A stretch of 64,000 nt of DNA. It comes from Felis catus. Its lineage: Eukaryota. Positions 55,278 to 64,000 of this stretch are shown piece after piece. Positions within the stretch are counted from its first letter, which is position 1; each line of letters opens with the position of its first letter. A program made the position numbers and the translations under genes. Under the pieces are notes generated by a model, which made no database searches, was not told the DNA's origin, and saw only the letters and a list, made by a program, of their open reading frames with translations. The stretch lies in NCBI RefSeq assembly GCF_018350175.1, contig NC_058368.1, positions 92,010,001-92,074,000 on the forward strand. The letters are read 5' to 3'.

Positions 55278-56549
55278 CCACTAAGAGTCTACTATTAACA
55301 TATAGGGGCGCCTGGATGGCTCAGTCAGTTGGGTGTCCGACTTCGGCTCACCATTTGTGAGTTCGAGCCCCACTTCGGGCTCTCTACTGACAGCTCAGAG
55401 CCTGAAGCCTGCTTCGGATTCTGTGTCTGCTTCTCTCTCTGCCCCTCCCCCCACTCACACTCTGTCTCTCTCAAAAATAAAATAAAAACATAAAAAATTT
55501 TTTAAGAATATATAAAGAACTTGTACAACTCAACAATAAAGAGAGCCCATTTAAAAATGGGAAACAATTAAGTAGACATTTCTCTAATGAAGATATATGT
55601 TCAAGAAGCACATGAAAAGATGCTCAGCATCATGAGTCAGTAGGGAAATGCAAAGCAAAACCACAGTAAGATATCACTTCATACTCACTAGGATGGCCAT
55701 AATCAAAACAACAGGTAAAAACAAGTATTGATGAAGATAGGAGGAAATTTGAACCCACATACATTGCTGGTGGGAAGGCAAAATGTTGCATCTACCTTTG
55801 GAAAACAGTCTGCCAGTTCCTCAAAAAGTTAACAGAGAGTTACCACATGATCCAGCATAGAAAAAAAGATGCAAGTACTGATAATACTGTAACGTGTCTG
55901 AGCCTTGAAAACATTATGCTAAGTAAAAGAAGCCAGACATAAAGGCCACATACTGTAGGAATGCATTTGTACGAAGTATCTGGGATAGGTAATCCATGGA
56001 GACAAAGTAGGTAAGTGGCTGCAGGACGTGAAAGAAGGGGAGAAATGGAGTGATTGTTGGTGGGTAGGATTCGTTTTTGGGGTGATGAAAATTCTGAAAT
56101 TAGATAGTGGTAGTGATGGTACAGCCGTGTAAATACACTAACAACCACTGAACTGCACACTTTAAAAGAATGAAACTTAAGGGGCACCTGAGTGGCTCAG
56201 TTAAGCGTCTGACTTTGGCTCAGGTCATGATGTCATGTTTTGTGAGTTCGAGCCCCATGTCAGGCTCTGTGCTGACACCTCAGAGCCTGGAGCCTGCTTC
56301 GAATTCTGTGTCTCCTTCTCTCTCTGCTCCTCCCTGTTCACACTCTGTCTCTCTCTCAAAAAATAAACAAAAAATGTTTAAAAACAAAAAAAGAATGAAA
56401 CTTAAATTACAGCTCAATTAAAAAAAAAAGGACATAGGAATTGGGTGACCTCTGGTCAAATCTAAGACAATTTAAGCATCAAAATAAATAGTAACAGTAA
56501 TGGATTATAGCCCATCGAATAAAATAAGAATCTATGAGGTGTGAGCTAA

Positions 56550-56596
<47 letters not shown>

Positions 56597-57013
56597 GGGA
56601 AAAAGGAAAGCTGAATGCCAATGAATACAGTGGACCCTTCAGCAACACAGGACTTAAAGGCGCTGACCCCATGCAGTCAAAAATCTGTGTATAATTTTTG
56701 TTTTTAATTTTTTATTAAAAAAAATTTTTTTAATGTTTATTTTTGAGACAGAGAAAGAGCACAAGCAGGGGAGGGGCAGAGAGAGAGGGAGACACAGAAT
56801 CTGAATCAGGCCCCAGGCTCCAAGCTGTCAACACAGAGCCTGATGAAGGGCTTGAACTCATGGACTGCAAGATCATGCCCTGAGCCGAAGTTGGACGCTC
56901 AACTGACTGAACCACCCAGGAGCCCCATTTAATTTTGTATTTTAGAGAGACAGAGTGCACAAGTGGGAGACAGGGGAGGGGGAGGAGGAGGAGGAGACGG
57001 GGGGGGGGGGGGG

Positions 57014-57055
<42 letters not shown>

Positions 57056-59860
57056 CCCAAGCAGGCTCCTCACCATAAGCGCAGAGCCAAATGTGGGGCT
57101 CAAACTCACAAACTGTGAGATCATGACCTGAGCCAAGATCAAGAATCAGATGCTTAACTGACTGAGCCACCCAGGCACCCACCCCCCTTTTTAAAAGTTT
57201 ATTTGAAGGTTTACAGCTTTAGCTTTTTTTTTTTTTAGTTTTTCTTTTTCTTAATGTTTATTTTTGAGGTGGGGGGTGGGCAGACAGAGGGGGACAGAGG
57301 ATCTAAAGTGGGCTCTGGACTGATAGCAGCAAGCCCAATGTGGGGCTCAAACTTACAAATCACAAGAGCATGACCCAAGCAGAAGTTGGACACTCAACCA
57401 ACTGAGCCACCCAGGTGCCCCATCTCTTTTTTTCCCCCCAGGAATAGAATTTAGTGATTCACCACTTACATATAACACCCAGTGCTCATTCCAACAAGTG
57501 TCCTCCTTAATGCCCCTTGCCCATTTAGCCCATTTTTTAAAAAAATGTTTTAATTAATCTCTGTGCCCAATGTGGGGCTCAAAGTCATGACTCCAAGATC
57601 AACAGTCGCATGCTCTATCCCCTGAACCAGCCAGGCAGCCCTAACTTTTGATTCCTCAAAAACTTAACTACAAATAGCTTACTGTTAACTGGAAGCCTTA
57701 CCAATAATATAAACAGTCAATTGACACATATTTTGTATGTCAGGTATTATGTACTGTATTTTTACAATAAAGCTAGGAAAAAGAAAATGTCATTGAGAAA
57801 ATCATACAGAATAAGAAATATATTTATAGTACTGTACTGTATTTATGGAAAAACAAATCTGCATGTAAGTGGACCCTCACAGTTCAAATCTGTGTTGTTC
57901 AAGACTCAAATGTATGTAAGGAACGACAGAGCAGAAAAAGTCACCCATGTTGCAACCAGCTTTGTAATAACTAATTAAAACCAAGAAACCTCAATGGACA
58001 CTAAAGTTAGTGGGCTGACATTTGATAACGCTCAGGACATTTACACAGTCTCAAAGCATCTCTCCTCAAATTTCTTACTAATTAACTGGTGAGAAATATT
58101 ACCCTTACAGGGAGAGAGGGGTAAGGGGAGGGAGGGAACCTGGTGGACCCTTCTTAACCAAGTAATCAAAGTTCACATCACCAATCATGGAACAAGCTGA
58201 CACCTTGTACCTCCTGATATGATGCACTGAGAACCATACTGCTTCTAAAGTACTGCTACCCAAGATGTAAAATCTGACCGAGGAGGAAACAGCAGACAGG
58301 TCCAAACCAAGAGATATTCTGCAAGACCATTAGCCTTAAGTGTTTCAAAAAATTTTTTATAACATTTATTATTTTTGAGAGACAGAGAGAAACAGAGCAA
58401 GAGCAGGGCAGGGGCAGAGAGAGAGGGAGACACAGAATCTGAAGCAGGCACCAGTCTCTGAGCTATCAGTACAGAGCCCGTTGGGGGGCTTGAACCCATG
58501 AACCACGAGATCATGACCTGAGCTGAAGTCGGACAGACAACTTAACCGACTGAGCCACCAAGGTGCCCCTAGCCTGAATTCTTCAAAAATGTCAAATGTC
58601 CTGAAAGACAAAGACCAAGTAAAAGAAATGTCCCAGGTTTAAAAAACCAAAGATTATGGGGTGCCTGGGTGGCTCAGTCGGATAAGTGTCCAACTTCGGC
58701 TCAGGTCATGGATTGCATGGTTTGTGGGTTCAAGCCCCCTGTTGGGCTCTGTGCTGACAGCTCAGGGCCTGGAGCCTGCTTCGGATTCTGTATCTCCCTC
58801 TCTCTCTGCCCCTCCCCCACTTGTGCTTTGTCTCTCTCTCTCTCTCTCAAAAATAAATAACATTAAATTAAAATTTAATTAATAAATTTTAATAAATTTA
58901 TAAATTTATAAATTTATAAAATTAAAACATAAAATTAAAAAAGAAAAAACAAAGATTAGACATGGGAAACAATGTAGTGCATGATCCTGGAATGGGGAAT
59001 AAACTTAAAAGGTTTTATGAAAACCATCGGACAATGATAAAATCAAAGTATGAGATGAATTGATTAGGCCATCATATTGTATTAATATTTAACTTATTGA
59101 TTTTAATAATTACACTGTACTTATGTAAAAGAATACCCTTGACCTTAGGAAATACACACCGAAAGTTTAGGGGCCAAGTGGTTTGAGATCTGCAACTTAC
59201 TTTCAAATGGTGAAAAAAGTAAGAGTATGCAAGAGAAGTGATAAAGCAAATCTGGCAATCGTATCCACAGTTTGTGAATTTGGATGAAGAGTATATATGA
59301 GTTCTTTATACTATTCCTGGAACTTTTCTGTAAATTTGAAACTACCCCAAAATGTCTTTTTTTTGAAAGAAGAAAGCAAGTGGGGGAGGTAGAGAGTGAC
59401 AGAGAGAATCAAGCAGGCTCTGCGCCCAGCACGGAGCCCCACACACGGCCTGATTGCATGACCCTGACATCATGACCTGAGCCGAAATCAAGATTTGGAC
59501 ACTTAACTGACTGAGCCACCCAGGCACCCCTAAATTAGTAACTTCTGTTGGGACTTTTGAAATAGCTCAGAATGACTTCCATTATCCTTTAAGGAGGCCT
59601 AGGGATCCATGTACTGACGTCCACAAACCATCATCCTTCTAGAAGCCTGTCACCAAGCACCCCTGGGGTCTCCTAGGCTCCCCCCGGAGGCAGACATGGG
59701 GCTCTCACGGGGGACACCCACCTGCATTGGCCAGCTCAGCCCGCAGCTGGCCCACGTAGTGTAGCAGCTCCTCCAGGCTCTGCTCACAGTGCTGCCCGTA
59801 GGTCAGAAACTTCTGCAGGACCTTGTCCACCTCTCTCTCCACACTCGCACACTGCTCCAT
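47640..59860 (-). CDS. RMND5B: E3 ubiquitin ligase RMND5B (CTLH/GID complex RING subunit), 393 aa; complement(join(47640..47703,47790..47944,48046..48148,49340..49505,50410..50576,50758..50858,51369..51509,51645..51790,59722..59860))
   Basis: [33 protein letters not shown]..., LisH/CTLH region, C-terminal degenerate RING ([61 protein letters not shown]). Exons sum to 1182 nt; Kozak GCCACCATGG. Confidence 0.97.
47790..47944 (-). CDS. RMND5B: RMND5B coding exon 8 (RING)
   Basis: [51 protein letters not shown]. Confidence 0.95.
48046..48148 (-). CDS. RMND5B: RMND5B coding exon 7
   Basis: [34 protein letters not shown]. Confidence 0.94.
49340..49505 (-). CDS. RMND5B: RMND5B coding exon 6
   Basis: [54 protein letters not shown]. 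Confidence 0.94.
50410..50576 (-). CDS. RMND5B: RMND5B coding exon 5 (CTLH)
   Basis: [55 protein letters not shown]. Confidence 0.93.
50758..50858 (-). CDS. RMND5B: RMND5B coding exon 4
   Basis: [34 protein letters not shown]. Confidence 0.94.
51369..51509 (-). CDS. RMND5B: RMND5B coding exon 3 (LisH)
   Basis: [47 protein letters not shown]. Confidence 0.94.
51645..51790 (-). CDS. RMND5B: RMND5B coding exon 2
   Basis: [48 protein letters not shown]. Confidence 0.94.
54810..55230. mobile_element. Minus-strand CanSINE (54841-55060) inserted into the head of a plus-strand CanSINE
   Basis: 18-bp TSD tcagtcagttaagcttta at 54823-54840 and 55061-55078. Confidence 0.85.
55236..55271. repeat. (CA)n microsatellite
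   Basis: Direct reading. Confidence 0.95.
55505..56428 (+). mobile_element. L1M (L1MB-like) ORF2 end/3' UTR fragment with inserted SINE (~56181-56390)
   Basis: aagcacatgaaaagatgctcagcatca...agggaaatgcaaagcaaaaccaca...aaaacattatgctaagtaaaagaagccagac. Confidence 0.8.
56547..56596. repeat. (TAAA)n microsatellite
   Basis: Direct reading. Confidence 0.95.
56628..57912. mobile_element. Second Tigger2-family element, split by a pile-up of SINEs and a short L1 piece (~56700-57640)
   Basis: (ta)cagtggacccttcagcaacac ... gtgttgttcaagactcaaatg(ta); internal sequence similar to 15981-16534. Confidence 0.75.
59722..59860 (-). CDS. RMND5B: RMND5B first coding exon (exon begins ~59872)
   Basis: cacAG|GCAGAGGCCACCATGGAGCAG...; donor CAG|GTgggt. 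Confidence 0.94.
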
Positions 59861-60179
59861 GGTGGCCTCTGCCTGTGGGTGGAAGGGGTCCGCTGCATCA
59901 GGCCCCACCTGGGCTGGGGGGCGGTGCGTGGTAGGGAGGGCTCCCAGATCCCCCTGGCCACACCCATGTCATTTATCAATGCTCAGAAATTCCCAGCTTC
60001 AAATAGGAGTCCACAGCGCCCATCACTCCAGCCAGGGGGCCCTGTGGGGGGGTCCAGGCAAGCATAAGGACAGGTTTTCTGAATCATGGTGACAAAATTA
60101 CTGTTTTCAACTCTTTTCATTCTATAATCCTTGTTCATCTCTTTTTTCTTTTAAATTTTTTTTTTAATGTTTATTTACT

Positions 60180-60213
<34 letters not shown>

Positions 60214-61884
60214 ACACACACACACACAGAATCCACAACAGGCTCCAGGCTCTGAGCTGTCAGCATAGACCCCGACGTGGGGCTCAAACCCACGGACTGC
60301 AAGATCATGGCCTGAAGCCAAAGTCAGCCACTCAACTGACTGAGCCACCCAGGTGCCCCTTTGTTCATCTCTTTTTAATCAGAAGAAAGAGCAGGACTCC
60401 CAGAGCCTTCAGCAGACAATACTATCTAGTAGAAATACATACAGATGCTGCCTATTTTCATATTTCATGTATTTTTATATATTCATCATAAGTGCCTTCT
60501 CTTTGGCTAGTGGACTTGGTTTTCCACATACCACAGTGATAGAAGCCACAAAGGCAGTCCTCGAATGGCTGATAACTGAAAATGCAGCCTAAAGAACAAC
60601 TGTCCACCACGTGGGCCTGATGGTCTTTGCCTCAGCAAAGCATATTCAGCAGCCCTTGCTGCTCACCCACAGACAGGCAGCCTGTGTCCAGCCAGCCTGA
60701 ACCCTTGCTCCCTCCAGGCTCCGTGCTGCTTCTGCTCCCGGGTATGCTCTTAGCCCTCAGTCGTCACTGCTTTTGAGAAGCTGGCTCATCCTTTCTGAGG
60801 CAGCTCAAAGATCACCTCCTCCAGCAGCCATCCCTAGCTTACTGCTGCTCGGCTCCCTCAACTCCCACATGGCCCCCTTCAATTTCAGTTTGGATCACCA
60901 GATAATGTGAGATATTTGAGTAAACTGGGTATTTGAGGGCCTGCCTCCCCCATTGGACTAGAACATCTCTCATCTTCTTCCCTCCCTTCTCATTATACCA
61001 TTAAAAGAAAGCTGACTTTTCTTATACCACCACCAAGGTGCCTTCCTCAGTCCCTTCCACCCTGGGCCCACGACTCCCCTCTATTCCAGAGCAGCTTTTG
61101 ATGCTGACCACATGGATAGTCCTCAAAATGTCAGTGACAGAGTTCCCTCCCTATCGTTCCATCCAATGGATTTGAAAGGAAAGGGCTCTCTTGAATGTTC
61201 AAATCTAGCCAGCTGTCCATTCTCTCAAAGAAGGGTCCAGAGTAACACACAAGAATCCCATGGCTGAGGGGACCGTCGGGATGCTCCCGGTTTCACGAGA
61301 CTCCCCATTCACACCGGCAGTGCCAGCCCTGGCCTCATCATCTTGGCCCAGCCTGTAGCCCCCTCCTTCGCAGACAAGGGATGAGTGATGGGAAAATGGC
61401 AACCAGGGCCTAGAGACGTGGTTTTGCCCTTTATCCTTATGGCTGATGTCATCACACTAGAATTTGTAATCATAATTGTGATGTACAGAGGTCATGCCTC
61501 CCTCCTCATGCCCCCTGGGCAAATACCCTACAACTGAATATGAGCCATATGGGCAAAATATACCAGGGACTCCTGTCTGAATAGTAATAATTATTATTAC
61601 TCCTACTAATAATGTTTCATAGGGGCTTAACATGTGCCAGGCACTGTTCTAACGACTTTGCGTGCATTAACTAATTTAGTTTTTTTTTTTTTTTTTATGT
61701 TTATTTATTTATTTTGTGGGGGAGCAGGGGCAGAGAGAGAGAATCGTAAGCAGCCTCTGCACTGTTAGCCAGAACCCAACACAGGGCTCAATCTCACAAC
61801 CAACCATGAGATCATAACCTGAGCCAAAATCAAGGGTCAGACACTTAAGCGATTGAGCCACCCAGGCGCCCCGGATTTAATTCT

Positions 61885-61885
<1 letters not shown>

Positions 61886-61923
<38 letters not shown>

Positions 61924-62137
61924 TTTTTTTTAATGTTTATTTATTTTTGAGACAGAGAGAGACAGAGTATGAACGGGGGAGGGTCAGAGAGAGAGAGAGA
62001 CACACAGAATCTGAAGCAGGCTCCAGGCTCTGAGCTGTCAGCACAGAGCCCGATGCGGGGCTCGAACTCACGGACCGTGAGATCATGACCTGAGCCGAAG
62101 TCGGACGCCCAACCGACTGAGCCACCCAGGCGCCCCA
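61886..62137 (-). mobile_element. Young feliform CanSINE with long poly(A) tail
   Basis: Perfect 17-bp TSD ccccggatttaattctt at 61869-61885/62138-62154; ~32-nt pure T run; CpGs intact. Confidence 0.92.
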
Positions 62138-64000
62138 CCCCGGATTTAATTCTTATCAAAACACCATGAAGTAGGTCCAGTTATTAGATCCATTTTACAG
62201 ATGACAGAAGATTAAATAACTTGCCCAAGGTCATGAAGCTAAGAAAGGGGAGGACCTGGTAAGTGAAGCCAGCCAGTCTGGCTCCAGAGCCCTTCTCTGA
62301 AGCACTTCACATCACACTTAAACTAGCTTAAACAGGCCGCCATCTCACCAGGAGAGGAAAGCAGCCAGTATCTGTGGCTGGAATGAGTGCACAGCAATGA
62401 TTAATGACACCAAGCAACAGAAAACCAACCACACAGCCTGTGAGATGATCAACTAGGAAAGATGGCACCACAAAAGAATGTTTGCCAAGAGTTGGGGAAC
62501 CAACTAGGATCACAATCTACCAAAAACAAATATAGCTCAAGAAAGGTCAGGACCTCACCGAGGTCAAACAAGTCTAACCCTGTGGGACACCAACCGAGGC
62601 CAGGATTATCTAAGGGAAGCCCAAGTCAACATCTCGAAATTGTATCAAAAAGCTGAGGGAGGAGTTGGGTACAAGGATTTTCACCCCAGCACTGTGTGTT
62701 GTGGCAGGAAGTGGAAGACAATCTAGGAGCCACAGGGAGAGGCACTGGAGGGGGGAGGCGCTGATAAGTCAAGGAAGTAAAATATGGGAGATACATCTAT
62801 GGAAAGCTGGTTCGCATTTAGAAGCCACCTCAGAGATACTCACAGGATCATCAATAAAATCCCAAAGACACAGCCCTGAAGGGGAAAAAAGAAACAAGGA
62901 ACTCTAGGCAGAATACCATTTATGTAAATTAAAAATCTATGGGGACGCCTGGGTGGCGGAGTCGGTTGAGCGTTGAGCGTCTGACTTCGGCTAAGGTCAC
63001 GATCTCACAGCTTGTGAGTTCGAGCCCCACGTCAGGCTCTGTGCTGACAGCTCAGAGCCCGAAACCTGCTTCAGATTGTGTCTCCCTCTCTCTCTGTCCC
63101 TAACCCACTCACATTCTGTCTCTGTCTCTCTCAAAAACAAATAAACATTAAAAAAAATTTTTTTTTTAAATCTATGCGTACAACCAAGGACACAGGCAAA
63201 TAAAAGGATTTACACTAAACATAGCAGGGTGGTTTCCTGTGGGCGGAGGGTGGGGGGAGAAGGAAGGAAAGGGGATAAAAGGGAATACATAAATAAATAC
63301 AAAAGAGATAGAGGCCCTGCCTGAACCAGTTAAATGTATAATGAACTGAGGAGTCTGATGAACTCAATAAAATCTAAAATAAAATAAATAAGCCAGGAAA
63401 ACAGAACTGCATGCAAGTATTCTACCCAAAAGCCCAGGAGGCTAATTCAGTGTGTCCACAGTGAGCCACTCTGCCTCAACCACAGTCGGTCATGTTCACC
63501 GGGCACTAGGATGGATGAGTGTGAGTTTGTCTTTGACAAGCTTCATGATGAATCCAGTGGAATTTCATGTCCATTTCCAGCCCTCCTCCCCAAGGTCTCA
63601 CATGTACAGAAACGATCCGCTAGGACGATCCCTTCAAACAACACATCAGACCCTGTCACCCCTTGACTCAACACTGCCTGGCTTGACGCACAAGCCGCGT
63701 GTAGTTACACATTCGCTTCCTTTGCACAAGCTACTCGGGTGTCCAGAGTGCCCTGTGCACTCCTCTGTATGGAGGCTGCAAGAAGCAGTTTAATCACCAG
63801 CTCCCCACAAGGCCCTCGACGAAATCCCCCCTGGTGTCTCCTTCTGGTTCGCAAACCTCTGTGGAAGACACCCATTCCACACTCCTCTGAGTCCTCAGCA
63901 CTGTGGCACAGTAACTGCCTCTTTACAGGTCTCCTACTAGACTGTGAGCTGCTCAGGGCTGGAGGCCAATCTTGTCCTCTTTCTCCCCTCAGCACCCAGC

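Noticed and set aside
59868..59875. Tandem acceptors (CAG GCAG AG) before the RMND5B start codon
   Set aside because: Would change only a few 5' UTR bases; no coding consequence.

Overview
Mammalian genomic DNA, almost certainly from a feliform carnivore (cat-like), judged from roughly 60 feliform-type CanSINE copies. It contains four spliced protein-coding genes. These are the 3' end of PHYKPL (+, last four coding exons), the complete HNRNPAB (-, 332 aa), the complete NHP2 (+, 153 aa) and the complete coding region of RMND5B (-, 393 aa; its 5' non-coding exons and promoter are not in the window). I walked every exon boundary by hand; all introns are GT-AG and the reading frames join correctly. 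Between the CpG-island promoters of HNRNPAB and NHP2 lies a ~29 kb repeat-rich interval with SINEs, L1 fragments, MaLR LTRs, Tigger DNA transposons and one ERV solo LTR. Most ORFs in the supplied track are SINE or GC-rich artefacts. I see no convincing novel biological system. The most notable observations are a probable interleaved PHYKPL/HNRNPAB sense-antisense arrangement, an orphan promoter-like element at ~25.7-25.95 kb, a very weak NHP2 intron-1 donor, a solo LTR inserted into a SINE, and a Tigger deletion derivative that keeps a transposase HTH remnant.
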